Positions 40,363 to 50,017 of a stretch of 64,000 bases of DNA are shown one piece after another. Origin of the DNA: a plasmid; sequence record NZ_CP082905.1; one strand, written 5' to 3'. A program made the translations under genes and the position numbers. Under the pieces are notes generated by a model. The model was given only the letters and a program-made list of their open reading frames with translations. It did not search any database and was not told the origin of the DNA. Position 1 is the stretch's first letter. The number at the start of each line of letters is the position of its first letter.

Positions 40363-40716
40363 TTATTGCTGCGGCGTCGCTTTCATCAGCTCAGCCAGGC
40401 GCGCCTGAATCTCCGGCGTGGCGTCCGGCAGGCCGGTAACGACAGCCGGGCTCACCAGAATGGCCGCGCCGCGTTCAGTGGCGTATTCCGCCGTTGCGGT
40501 GGTGACGCTGCGGTCAAAGCGCCTCAGCAGCGCCCTTCGCTGTTCGTCGGTGAGGTCCAGCTTCGCGCTCTGGCGGATCAGCGCATTGGTCGTGCCCTTC
40601 ATGTCGAACGTAACCAGCGTGGGCGGCTTCAGCCAGAAAAACCAGGCGGCCGCGCACGCCCCCACGCTCAGCACAACCGACAGGCTGCAGCCCGCCACAA
40701 GGTGTTTTGTATTCAA
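40363..40716 (-). CDS. trbI: TrbI
   Basis: 117 aa, single TM helix, position between traW and traC. Confidence 0.75.
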   Translation of the reverse strand: MNTKHLVAGCSLSVVLSVGACAAAWFFWLKPPTLVTFDMKGTTNALIRQSAKLDLTDEQRRALLRRFDRSVTTATAEYATERGAAILVSPAVVTGLPDATPEIQARLAELMKATPQQ

Positions 40717-43319
40717 AGTTGCATCTCCCGCAGCATGTTGATGATGTCGCGCTTGTGCGCATCGTTCTCGGCCATCTCAAACAGGATGTCCTTGATGTCC
40801 GCCCCCTCGCGCAGTCGTTTTTCGCGGTAGGTAAAGTCTTCACCTTTCGAGGAAAACAGTCCGTCGCTCAGCGGATCGAGAATGAGGCGGTGGAAGCTGG
40901 AAAATTCCCCGACGCTCAGCAGAAACGAGCTGTAGCGCGCCTTTTTCGCCGGCGGAAACTTGCGGATCATTTCCCACTCCAGCTCGTTAAACGCATGCGG
41001 CTCCTCCTTCTGGAAGGTGGTGAACGACTTGGCGTCCTGCATACAGGTGAACTTGAACGAGCTGTTGTCATAGGCCGCAAGCGCCGCCGTGGACAGGTTT
41101 TTATCGCGTATCGCCTGCGTGACCGTACCGTATGAGCCGTTGTGGCGGCGGGCGGTGCGGTAGCCCTCCTCGATAAAGTCCTTGATTTTGGTACTGGACC
41201 CGCCGAGCAGTTTCCACCCCTCGTCGATGATGTTCATCTTGCGCATGCTGCGCGGCGTGGTGTACATCATGTTCTCGTTCCAGATCATGATGCTGAACAG
41301 CACCGCTGACAGCAGGTCCTGCTGCTTGCGCAGGTCACCCAGCTCGGTGACCACGAACTGCAGGTCAGGCTTCAGCGTTGGCTCGGATGAGTTGAAGAAC
41401 CTGCCGTAGATCCCTCTGGTGCTGTACTTACTGAGCAGCGTGGTGATTTCGTCAATGCGCCCGCCAATCAGCGAAGAGTGTTCGCGGGTGATGGCCGCCT
41501 GCCTCGTCTTCAGGTAGTCAATGACGTGATCGATGCGCATGTCCTGCTGATACGTCGGCCATGATTCGGTAATGGCCTCCAGGATCATGGATTCATGTAC
41601 CTCATCCAGCAGGCCGTTGGGGCTTGCCAGAATGCACAGCTGGTCGCGGATGCGCTCGGCGGCAAGCGTAATGTCGGTGACGTTCGCAAACGGGTTAAAA
41701 CGCAGGTTTTCGCCGTTAATATAGGTGCCGCCGAGGCTGCTGCAGGCGGCTTTATAGGAGTCACCGATATCCTGCACCGCCACCGTACCGCCCTTGTCCA
41801 GCACTGAACGCGCGATGGAGTTGGCCAGCACCGATTTGCCCGCGCCCGAGGTACCGGACATAAACCAGTTGAAGTTAGTGTTCGGCAGGCTCTCGTCAAA
41901 CACGTCGATAAACGCGACCTGGTTGCGATAGCTCGGAATAAGAATGCCCGAGGCGCACAGCTTGTTATCCCCGATAACCGGCATCAGGTTCACCGCATGA
42001 AACGACTCCGATCGCTGTATGCCGCCGGTCTTGCGGCAGTCGTCGCGCAGCTTCTTGTTCACCATCGCAAACGGCAGCGTGGCCAGCAGGTTGCGCAGCT
42101 GCATAAAATCGGCGCGCACGAAGCGCAGCCCCTGCGCGGCGAAGGCGTTGCGCGTTTTTTCGGTGTAGCGCGACGTCAGATCGTCGTCATCCGGGCAGAA
42201 CAGCGTGATACCGTAGAAGTAGCTGGTCAGTGAGGTCTGGTTCGACAGCAGCCGCGCACGGGCATCTTTCCACTCGGCGTGCTGACGCGTGGTGGACGGG
42301 ATGTACTTGGCGTAACTGGTGTTCACGCGCGAGTCCAGCGCCAGAAAGCGGCTGTTCGCCTCGCCCTGGCTTTTCATCTGCTCCTCGGTGGTCAGCACCA
42401 TCGTGCAGATAAACGGGCAGGGTATGCCGTTGGTTGGCGACATCAGGTCCTGAATGATGTTGCCGTTCTGCCAGAGGTAATGCTCCTGCGGGTTGCGGTC
42501 CAGGTTAAGGTTCACCATGCGCGCCGCAAACGGTCTGTTTTTCGCATCACTGCCCTCGATGCGGATATGTGAGGGCTTTACCCGCCAGGACGTGGTGCGG
42601 TCCACGAACTGGGTGCTGAGGTCGGCCGCCGGATCATACTCGCAGTCATAACGATCAAGCCGCGCCGGGTCGTGGTTGAAGAACTCGCGCAGCACGCTGC
42701 TGAACTCCGCCACGCCGATAGCCGACGACCACAGGTCGGCGGCGTTGAGCGCGTTCAGCAGGTTACGTCGCACGTCGCGCACGCGGATCATATCGGTTTC
42801 GGTCAGGTGCTTCACCGGCATCGCCCAGATAAAAAACAGACGGTAGTCGCGAAGGGTCAGCGGATGATCCAGGCCGTTGCTGTAGGTATAGCGCGCGCCG
42901 TTCAGGAAAAAGCGGGCGGTGACGTCGTTGCACTCGTCCGCCCGGTGTCCCTTCCAGGCAAAATTTTTCAGGCCCTGCTCGACCTGCTCTTTCACTGCCC
43001 GGGTGGAGACCAGCATGACCTGCAGCGGAATATCGCGCGGGGCCACGTCGCGAAGCAGGTACTCCAGGCTTTCCGCCAGCTTCTCGTTGGCGCCGATCAG
43101 CGGCTGTGATTCCACCACAAAGCCCACCGACTCCTTGTTCACCCAGATCTGACTTTCGCTGTCGTAATCTTTATAGGGCAGCAGGTCGCGGATGTGCGGG
43201 TAGTCCATGTCCTGCAGCTTCTGGCGCGTTTCGTTCGTGGTGTCGCGCTCCCCCAGAATCCCCGCCACCGTCTCCACCACGTTCAGCGGGTCAAAGCGGA
43301 AGCCTTTCAGAAATTTCAT
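40713..43319 (-). CDS. traC: TraC (VirB4-family ATPase)
   Basis: 868 aa with Walker A GTSGAGKS. Confidence 0.95.
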   Translation of the reverse strand: MKFLKGFRFDPLNVVETVAGILGERDTTNETRQKLQDMDYPHIRDLLPYKDYDSESQIWVNKESVGFVVESQPLIGANEKLAESLEYLLRDVAPRDIPLQVMLVSTRAVKEQVEQGLKNFAWKGHRADECNDVTARFFLNGARYTYSNGLDHPLTLRDYRLFFIWAMPVKHLTETDMIRVRDVRRNLLNALNAADLWSSAIGVAEFSSVLREFFNHDPARLDRYDCEYDPAADLSTQFVDRTTSWRVKPSHIRIEGSDAKNRPFAARMVNLNLDRNPQEHYLWQNGNIIQDLMSPTNGIPCPFICTMVLTTEEQMKSQGEANSRFLALDSRVNTSYAKYIPSTTRQHAEWKDARARLLSNQTSLTSYFYGITLFCPDDDDLTSRYTEKTRNAFAAQGLRFVRADFMQLRNLLATLPFAMVNKKLRDDCRKTGGIQRSESFHAVNLMPVIGDNKLCASGILIPSYRNQVAFIDVFDESLPNTNFNWFMSGTSGAGKSVLANSIARSVLDKGGTVAVQDIGDSYKAACSSLGGTYINGENLRFNPFANVTDITLAAERIRDQLCILASPNGLLDEVHESMILEAITESWPTYQQDMRIDHVIDYLKTRQAAITREHSSLIGGRIDEITTLLSKYSTRGIYGRFFNSSEPTLKPDLQFVVTELGDLRKQQDLLSAVLFSIMIWNENMMYTTPRSMRKMNIIDEGWKLLGGSSTKIKDFIEEGYRTARRHNGSYGTVTQAIRDKNLSTAALAAYDNSSFKFTCMQDAKSFTTFQKEEPHAFNELEWEMIRKFPPAKKARYSSFLLSVGEFSSFHRLILDPLSDGLFSSKGEDFTYREKRLREGADIKDILFEMAENDAHKRDIINMLREMQL

Positions 43320-43326
43320 GCAGACC

Positions 43327-43878
43327 TCACATCAGAATGCCGCTCCAGTCACCGTGACTGGAGACGCTGTAAATGACCTCGCCCATGTGGACGTTGTTGT
43401 CAGGTGAGACGTAGGGTGCTATCCAGATGCGCGCCACGCCGTCAGGGCGGCGGAACGCAGCGGCAGGTTCAGGAAAGCAGTGCGCTGCGCTGCAGTACGC
43501 GGTCTGATCCGTGGTGGTGCGCAGCACGCCGTTTTCACGCGTAAACGGGCGGACCCCGCCGGTTGATGCCAGACGCACCGGAATGCCGTCATTCAGGCCG
43601 CTGCGGCGTGCCTGCGCGTCGGTCTGCGGGTCCAGACGAATGGTGCCGGTATCAATCAGGCGGTAGTCATCCAGGCGGATGCCTGCGCCGGTGAAGCCGT
43701 TCGGCGCAGTAGCTGCGGGCGCGTTCCCGCTGCTGCCCGCAGACATATCGTCGGCCTGCGACATCCAGACGCCGGAGTCTTTAGCGGGCTTGTCAAATTC
43801 AAAGTCTTCGTTCATGCCCGCGCAGCCGCTCAGCATGATGGCCAGCGCGCTGACCATAAAAGGATTCGCTTTAGTCAT
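43327..43878 (-). CDS. traV: TraV lipoprotein
   Basis: LSGC lipobox; position upstream of traC; start trimmed to MTKANPF. Confidence 0.8.
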   Translation of the reverse strand: MTKANPFMVSALAIMLSGCAGMNEDFEFDKPAKDSGVWMSQADDMSAGSSGNAPAATAPNGFTGAGIRLDDYRLIDTGTIRLDPQTDAQARRSGLNDGIPVRLASTGGVRPFTRENGVLRTTTDQTAYCSAAHCFPEPAAAFRRPDGVARIWIAPYVSPDNNVHMGEVIYSVSSHGDWSGILM

Positions 43879-44227
43879 GGTGTTCTCCATCAGCGCTGTC
43901 AGGTGAAAGCGCATCAATTTCGGTAAAGTCGATAAAGAGATCGCCGTTTTTGCCGCTGGTCCCGAGCCGGGACAGCATGTTCATCGCGAAGGTGTCGCCG
44001 GGAGCCACCTCCAGCAGGCGGCGCAGCGTTTCCCCGAACAGCGTGACGTAGCCGTCGTCCGGGATGAGGCCGGGTTTGCAGTAGAGCTTTTTGACGCCAA
44101 ATCCCAGCGCCTGCAGCCCCGGAATGCGGGCATCGGCGTCGCGTCCGAAGCAGTTAATCGTCCGTTCGGTAAAGACCATCCAGCCGCAGTGCTCTGCGTG
44201 ACGAAGCCGGATTTTCCTGTCCGTCAT
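43871..44227 (-). CDS. hypothetical soluble protein between traB and traV (the traP/trbD/trbG position)
   Basis: 118 aa, not membrane-like, translationally coupled to its neighbours. Confidence 0.4.
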   Translation of the reverse strand: MTDRKIRLRHAEHCGWMVFTERTINCFGRDADARIPGLQALGFGVKKLYCKPGLIPDDGYVTLFGETLRRLLEVAPGDTFAMNMLSRLGTSGKNGDLFIDFTEIDALSPDSADGEHHD

Positions 44228-45612
44228 TGCGCCACACCCTGCGGAGTCATGTTCCTCGCCTGCCCGCCGTTTGTCGGGGTCACAAAGTCATTCATGTTCA
44301 GGCGCGTCGCGTCACCGAGCTTGCCCACCAGGTCCGGCGGCAGGCCGCTGTTGCCCTGCTCGCGCGTTTGCGTGTCCTGCTGCTGGCCGCCGGCGCGCTG
44401 CTGCTCCTTCGCCAGCTTCGCGGCCTCTTCATCCTCAATAAACTTCGCGCGGAAGCCCTCGATAAACACCACCTCCACGCGGTTCGCCGCGCCAATCGGG
44501 ATAATCGGGTGATACTGCTCGGCGCGCTCGATGTAGTAGTCGGCCAGCTTGTCCGCTGCCTTGCCCACGCCGCCACCAATTGCCCCGCGCGCCACGTCCC
44601 CGCCGCTCACCGTGCTGGTTGCGCCAATGCCGGTGACCGTCTGGCCGACCTGCGAGGCGCTCTGCCCCAGCCCGCCCAGCGCACCGGCGGTAAACGCCAG
44701 ACCCAGAATCTTGCCGTTGCGCATTACCGGCACGCCCTTGATGCCGTTCTTGCCGTAGAAGGCGACGTGTCCCTTCACGGCCTGGTCGATGTGCTTGCCG
44801 TCAATGATGCAGGAGAGGCGCTGCAGCTGAACGATGGCGCGTTCGCTGGAGATGTCGCCGTAGGCCGCTGCCGTCACAAAGCAGTTATCCAGCTGCACCA
44901 TTTTGTTGTTGCCCGGCATGTGCGCCCTGCCCTTGAGCTTGAACTGCATCGGCACCAGGTTGTTCTCACCGCGCACCGAAGCGTTGGCGTCGGCCCCTTC
45001 AATGATGATGGCATCAGAGAACGTACCGGTCGGCACCCAGAACGAGGCGTCTTTGGTTTTTGGCTCAAACTGCGAATAATCGAACGTCTGGTTGTCGATC
45101 TGCCCGGTCTGCACCGGCGCGGGCGCAAACGAGTATTCCGTGCGCGGCGGCGTGTAGCCCGCGCCCTGCTGCGCCCCCTGCTGCGCGCCCTGTTGTGCCT
45201 GCTGACCGGCAGGCGCCTGCTTTTGCTGGTTCTGCTGATTTTTCAGCTGTTCCATCAGGTCGCTCACGTTCTGCTGCAGCGATTTGTTGTTGTTCATCAC
45301 ATCCGACATCTGGTCTTTCAGTGATTTGAAGTCTTTCTGCATAGCGGAAAGCTGCTCGCGCGCCTCCTTCTCGCGGTTCTGCGCGGTGACCAGCAGCGAG
45401 CCCTGTGCGGAACCGTCAAAGGCATTCACCACGCCCCCGCCGGTCAGGTCCGGCTCGGCGGTGGCCCTGTCCGGTTTTTCCTCTTTACCACCGGTGTGCC
45501 CGGCCGCGCCCCGGTTAGCCAGATAGAGCCCGCCGATGATCACAGCAGCGGCGGCCAGAATGATGCCAAACAGCCGGCGCTGCTTGCTGCGGACCAGCGT
45601 ATTAAGGTTCAT
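44224..45612 (-). CDS. traB: TraB (VirB10-like)
   Basis: TM anchor, Q/P-rich linker, VirB10 C-terminal domain. Confidence 0.9.
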   Translation of the reverse strand: MNLNTLVRSKQRRLFGIILAAAAVIIGGLYLANRGAAGHTGGKEEKPDRATAEPDLTGGGVVNAFDGSAQGSLLVTAQNREKEAREQLSAMQKDFKSLKDQMSDVMNNNKSLQQNVSDLMEQLKNQQNQQKQAPAGQQAQQGAQQGAQQGAGYTPPRTEYSFAPAPVQTGQIDNQTFDYSQFEPKTKDASFWVPTGTFSDAIIIEGADANASVRGENNLVPMQFKLKGRAHMPGNNKMVQLDNCFVTAAAYGDISSERAIVQLQRLSCIIDGKHIDQAVKGHVAFYGKNGIKGVPVMRNGKILGLAFTAGALGGLGQSASQVGQTVTGIGATSTVSGGDVARGAIGGGVGKAADKLADYYIERAEQYHPIIPIGAANRVEVVFIEGFRAKFIEDEEAAKLAKEQQRAGGQQQDTQTREQGNSGLPPDLVGKLGDATRLNMNDFVTPTNGGQARNMTPQGVAQ

Positions 45613-46327
45613 CCGGGCCTCCTTTCGTGCGGAACACGGTGATCACCGAGACCTTTGCCCCCGGCTCCAGCACGTCGAGCTGCGGATGAAACGCCACTGC
45701 CATGACGCCCGGGCTCCAGAAGTAGCGTTCGCTCAGACGAATACGCTGTGAGGAAAGGCTGGTAATGTCGGTGCGCACGATGCGCACCCGGTCGCCCTGC
45801 CACGCGGTGACCGGACGCAGCGAAAAGGCGCTTTCCACCGCTCCGCTCACCGGTACGTCGGTGTTTTTACTGAACACGTAGCCTGCCGGCTTCCGGTTGG
45901 TGATGAAGCGCCCGACCAGCCCGCTGATGAGCGCGCTGTAGGTGTCCTGCTTCTGTTCATACTCCCGCGCCTCTTCCGTACCCTTCACGTCGCGGTTATC
46001 CACCGTCAGGCTTAAGCCCGCACGTTTGCCCGGCGTCGCCTGTACCGAGAAGGCAAAACCGGACGCGGTCTGCACGAACATGGTGAACGGCTTGTCGGTC
46101 ACGGTAGAGAACACAATCGCGCCTTCCGGCGTGGGTGATTTGGCGCTCAGCACCCCCTGCGCCGCCTGCACGCTGAGGATACGGTCGTCATTAACGCGCA
46201 GGTAGTTCGGGTTGGTATTGCTCACGGCCGCGTTCACGCGGGCGCCGGGATTAAGCGTCAGCTGTTCGGCGTGGGCGCCGAAGACGGTCAGCAGCGCCAC
46301 GGCGCTGATTAGCAGGGATTTACGCAT
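45602..46327 (-). CDS. traK: TraK (secretin-like/VirB9-like)
   Basis: Signal peptide, 241 aa, position. Confidence 0.85.
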   Translation of the reverse strand: MRKSLLISAVALLTVFGAHAEQLTLNPGARVNAAVSNTNPNYLRVNDDRILSVQAAQGVLSAKSPTPEGAIVFSTVTDKPFTMFVQTASGFAFSVQATPGKRAGLSLTVDNRDVKGTEEAREYEQKQDTYSALISGLVGRFITNRKPAGYVFSKNTDVPVSGAVESAFSLRPVTAWQGDRVRIVRTDITSLSSQRIRLSERYFWSPGVMAVAFHPQLDVLEPGAKVSVITVFRTKGGPDEP

Positions 46328-46892
46328 CAGGAACCTCCAGGAAAGCGCTCCAGCAGAGACGGTTGTTGCGGGTGTCAGTGCGCAGGCGGTAGTGCTTCTT
46401 CACCGGCTTACCGTCATGCAGCCCATAGCTCAGCTGCAGATCGCCGGTAACATCCACGATGCCCCTGTCCGGCCAGACGCTGACGTCTTTGGGATAGAAC
46501 ACCGAGCCGCCGCTGTTGCCTTTCACGCGTGAGGCTTCATCAGCCAGCACACCTTTGAGTGATTTCTCCGCGCCGTCGCAGGCACCTGCCAGCAGCATTT
46601 CGTGGCTGGCTTCTGCATTTTTGTCGGAGATATTGAGGCGCAGGTTCAGCCACGCCAGCGCCATCAGGCGCAGGTAGCGGGCATCGCCGCGCTCGCCGGT
46701 AAAGCTGAACGGAGTGTCTGCGCCGTAAGGAACGATGATGGTCTGACGGTTATTGAGAAGCTGATTCATCAGCGCGCGGTTATCACTGTAAAGGCGCCAG
46801 CAGAGTATGAGCGCGAGGATTGCGATAACGAGCAGCACCAGAATAGCCACGGCCATATTGCGGTTTCCCGCCGAACGCAGCTTTAATTCCAT
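46320..46892 (-). CDS. traE: TraE (VirB5/8-like inner-membrane pilus assembly protein); the track ORF is N-extended and the start was set at MELKLRS
   Basis: 190 aa, N-terminal TM, position. Confidence 0.85.
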   Translation of the reverse strand: MELKLRSAGNRNMAVAILVLLVIAILALILCWRLYSDNRALMNQLLNNRQTIIVPYGADTPFSFTGERGDARYLRLMALAWLNLRLNISDKNAEASHEMLLAGACDGAEKSLKGVLADEASRVKGNSGGSVFYPKDVSVWPDRGIVDVTGDLQLSYGLHDGKPVKKHYRLRTDTRNNRLCWSAFLEVPDA

Positions 46893-46909
46893 GTTGTCTC
46901 CGGAGGGGG

Positions 46910-47206
46910 TCAGGCGACCCAGTGCCGTTTGTAGCTGTCTGGCAGGATGCTGATAAAGAAGCGCATCACTGAGGTGGGCAGGCACCAGTACGCAAGGTTG
47001 AGAAGATACTGAGAACCGCGGCCTTTCTTGAGATGACGAATTCCGACCACGGCAGCCAGGAGCGTGGGGCCGAAAATCCACATGTTGAGAAAAACTGCCA
47101 GCAGCGCCAGCGGCACATACAGGCAGAACTCATCAGGTGGCAGCCCCACGAAGCGCCTTTGCTCGGAAAACGTAGCCGCATAGGTATACCGGTCACGTTT
47201 TTCCAT
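46910..47206 (-). CDS. traL: TraL
   Basis: 98 aa two-TM protein immediately downstream of traA. Confidence 0.85.
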   Translation of the reverse strand: MEKRDRYTYAATFSEQRRFVGLPPDEFCLYVPLALLAVFLNMWIFGPTLLAAVVGIRHLKKGRGSQYLLNLAYWCLPTSVMRFFISILPDSYKRHWVA

Positions 47207-47215
47207 AAGCAGTCG

Positions 47216-47545
47216 TTAAGAAGGGATCACGTTAAAGGCGACGTTAACGAAAACCAGCAGCGCGGCGATGCTACCGAACAGCGCCAAGTTTTTGGTTTTG
47301 ATGTAGGTGAACGCGATGAATGCAATTTCCAGAATATAAAGGATGTAAACGACAGCTGAATTACTACCAAAGGTATCGTTAACATCAGTTTTGGCCCCGG
47401 CGAAGTAGTCTACGGCGTGGGCGGGCATGGCAGAAACAGCCAAGATCGCCAGTGCAGAGAACAACGCAGTCTTGTTCACTTTTTTCCACGCTACCGCCCC
47501 TGCCTTGCGGCAGTAATTTACACACGAAGAGAGAGTGCCCTTCAT
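47216..47545 (-). CDS. traA: TraA propilin, pED208/IncFV-like subtype
   Basis: Leader ...SAMPAHA followed by AVDYFAGAKTDVNDTFGSNSAVVYILYILEIAFIAFTYIKTKNL, resembling the pED208 pilin rather than the F pilin. Confidence 0.85.
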   Translation of the reverse strand: MKGTLSSCVNYCRKAGAVAWKKVNKTALFSALAILAVSAMPAHAVDYFAGAKTDVNDTFGSNSAVVYILYILEIAFIAFTYIKTKNLALFGSIAALLVFVNVAFNVIPS

Positions 47546-47828
47546 AGGATTTTTCCTCAGTTAGAGATATAATGATGAGTTGGTTAAACTATCTTTTGTT
47601 GCTGTCGGTATTACCTTAAGTCAAATTACTGTTGTGCCGGTTACGCCTCCTTTACATATCTGTGGTATCGCAGCAGAAACTTACGTTTTCCTGACGGGTT
47701 GACGTTTTTTTACGCTTCCGGATCGCATGCTTCAATTTAAGTTATTGGTCTTACTGATCAATTTCATTTATCGTGATGGTGAGAATTTTCGCTTGTCTCA
47801 CTAACTGGCTGAATGGAAAAGAAAAATT
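47546..47828. promoter_or_regulatory. divergent promoter region between traA (minus strand) and the 442-aa multi-HTH gene (plus strand)
   Basis: 284-bp AT-rich intergenic region; no traY ORF present. Confidence 0.5.
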
Positions 47829-49157
47829 ATGGCTGACACTGCCGACCTGGTTGTTCTTGTCGCCGATCCGGCGGGCTTTGCGGCTGAATTTTTTAGGATA
47901 AATCATGAGGTACCCTTAACTGTCCTGCTTAATGAAGCCCTGTTTCATTACAGGCGCGACCCCGGCTGGTTTGAAGTCATCGTCAGAGACAACCGCTACT
48001 ATGCCTGCCAGCTCGTCACGATTCCCCTGCTCGTATTTATTAAAAAACGCGTTCCCGCCAGGCAACTACAGGCAGCTGCGGAACGAACGCTCGCGCAACT
48101 GAGCATGTATTCAGATACCGCTGATCCGGACGCCTGGATAATGATAAATGCGAATTTTTTCTCCCCCCTTCCCCGTCCCTGCGTAAACCTCTGGCAGGCT
48201 CGTAAATTAAAGAACAGCCTGGAAAAGGCGATATTTACCGATGCGGGTGAATACGCCGGACCGGAAAAAAAGCCTGCACTGCCGGCGGTTAAAAATACCG
48301 CGGAGGCTGCTGATGAAAATGTACCCACGACGCAGAGAAAAAGAAAAAACGGCCCCGACGCGGAGAAAGTCATGGCGCGCGTTATGCTTGGCTGGCGCGT
48401 CAGGGATATATGTGAAGAACAAAACTGCTCTGAAGCCTACGTTTATAACCTGATTAAAAAACGCAAGGGAAAATCCGCGATGGATTACCGCTGGAAGCAG
48501 TGGGAACTGATTTCAGCCATGTATCATGCTGAACCAAAGATGACGCTGGAAGAAATTGAAAAGGCCTGCGGGGTAACGCGGGCGGGAATTTATCATGCAA
48601 TAAGAAAAATAGCAGAGCGTGATGGAAAAGAAATTACGCCCCGTGAGAGAGAAAAAAAACTGACACCGGAAGACGTCGAGACGATAAAACAAAAATTAAG
48701 CCAGGGCATGCTCAGGAAAGATATTCTTTCCGAATACCGTATTTCGGCAGAAACGCTCATCAGATACATAGGCACACGCGATGAGCACAGGGTAATATCC
48801 GGTGACCTCAAAGAGGTTGCGGTGCGACTGCGGATTCAGGGTAAAACGCTCCAGCAGACTGCTGATATTCTCGGTGTGAACCTTGACTGGGTAAAAAAAG
48901 CGTGGAGAGAAAAAAAGGATTCGCCTGTTATTAAAGAAAAACGCGTCAAGTATGATAATCGCAATGTGCTCTCAAAACGCGACCGCGATCAGGCTGTGAA
49001 TGCTGTTCTGCGTGACGGACATACACGCAAGCAGATTTATACGCAGTACGGAATTAATGCACTCACGCTGCGGCGCTATATAAGAGATGCACAAAAAAGA
49101 GAGACAGAAGCATTAAAAGAAGAGGAAAAAGATTCAGACCAGCATAATGAAAAGTAA
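47829..49157 (+). CDS. 442-aa protein with an unknown N-terminal domain and five tandem HTH-like repeats; candidate transfer regulator occupying the traJ/traY locus in reversed orientation
   Basis: Long ORF in AT-rich DNA; repeated units such as ICEEQNCSEAYVYNLIKKRKG, LEEIEKACGVTRAGIYHAIRKIAER, RKDILSEYRISAETLIRYIG, LQQTADILGVNLDWVKKAWREK, RKQIYTQYGINALTLRRYIRDAQK. Confidence 0.6.
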   Translation: MADTADLVVLVADPAGFAAEFFRINHEVPLTVLLNEALFHYRRDPGWFEVIVRDNRYYACQLVTIPLLVFIKKRVPARQLQAAAERTLAQLSMYSDTADPDAWIMINANFFSPLPRPCVNLWQARKLKNSLEKAIFTDAGEYAGPEKKPALPAVKNTAEAADENVPTTQRKRKNGPDAEKVMARVMLGWRVRDICEEQNCSEAYVYNLIKKRKGKSAMDYRWKQWELISAMYHAEPKMTLEEIEKACGVTRAGIYHAIRKIAERDGKEITPREREKKLTPEDVETIKQKLSQGMLRKDILSEYRISAETLIRYIGTRDEHRVISGDLKEVAVRLRIQGKTLQQTADILGVNLDWVKKAWREKKDSPVIKEKRVKYDNRNVLSKRDRDQAVNAVLRDGHTRKQIYTQYGINALTLRRYIRDAQKRETEALKEEEKDSDQHNEK

Positions 49158-49202
49158 AGAGTTATGCCTGACGCAATACAGAAAGCATCAGGCACCTGAT
49201 AA

Positions 49203-49604
49203 TTATTTAAAATATTCCTGCAGTTTCCCTGCCACGCGCTCATTGACAGCTTTTAACCACTCAGGCTCAAGGATCATTTCGTTTTTAATGACTTTAGCAG
49301 GATCGACGGTTTCCTTCTGAATGCCAAAAATGGCGTCAGTTATAAAACCGCTGACCAGAACGTTCTTGGCGATAAATTCCAGCTTCTGGTCCAGCGTCTT
49401 TTCTGAAGTGTCCTTGCTGATTTTATTTTCATAAACGCGAAGTCCCAGCTTAAACATCTCCATGATAAAAGCTGACCGGTTCGCCGTTTCGCGTGACTCT
49501 CCGTCTTCAAGCTTCTTTTCAACGTGTGCATCAACCTTTTCTATAAGTGAAAAGGGAACGGTAAGATTGACGCGATTACTTTTGGGTGTGTTCTGCTCTG
49601 ACAT
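49203..49604 (-). CDS. traM: TraM (RHH oriT-binding relaxosome protein)
   Basis: VNLTVPFSLIEKVDAHVEKK...SAFIMEMFKLGLRVYE parallels F TraM; it is adjacent to oriT. Confidence 0.85.
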   Translation of the reverse strand: MSEQNTPKSNRVNLTVPFSLIEKVDAHVEKKLEDGESRETANRSAFIMEMFKLGLRVYENKISKDTSEKTLDQKLEFIAKNVLVSGFITDAIFGIQKETVDPAKVIKNEMILEPEWLKAVNERVAGKLQEYFK

Positions 49605-50017
49605 ATATTTTGCCTCATAACCTGATATTAGAGCGAACCGTAACCGGATGACCGGGCGACGGATTGTTCATGCTGCATGAGAAAATAAACTCAACGCACC
49701 CACTTTTCAAGTAACCACAAAGTAACAACAAAGGGCTTCAACAGTGTCTGCACAGACACTTCTAAGTTCAAATATTAGTAAGTACTTGTTTTTAATAGCA
49801 GCACTTCGCAGTTACTTACAAGGAACTATTAAAGCACTATAAAGTTTCTTTGAAGAAATTTCGTTATGGGCTAAAATTTCTACGATTTACAACTAACTAA
49901 CTGATATTAAATAATTAAAACCGCAAAAATAAATTTGCGAGTGGTGTGTAAAATCCCACTTCTTATGATATTATTGAGTTAATAAGCACCCCCGAACTTT
50001 TCAAATCAGGAGCCGCT
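49605..50017. other. oriT: oriT region: nic-like core GCGAGTGGTGTGTAAAATCCCAC (about 49936-49958), an 18-bp perfect palindrome AGTGTCTGCACAGACACT (49743-49760), A-tracts
   Basis: Resembles the F-family nic region (TTTGCGTGGGGTGTGGTGCTTT); lies between traM and orf169. Confidence 0.7.
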
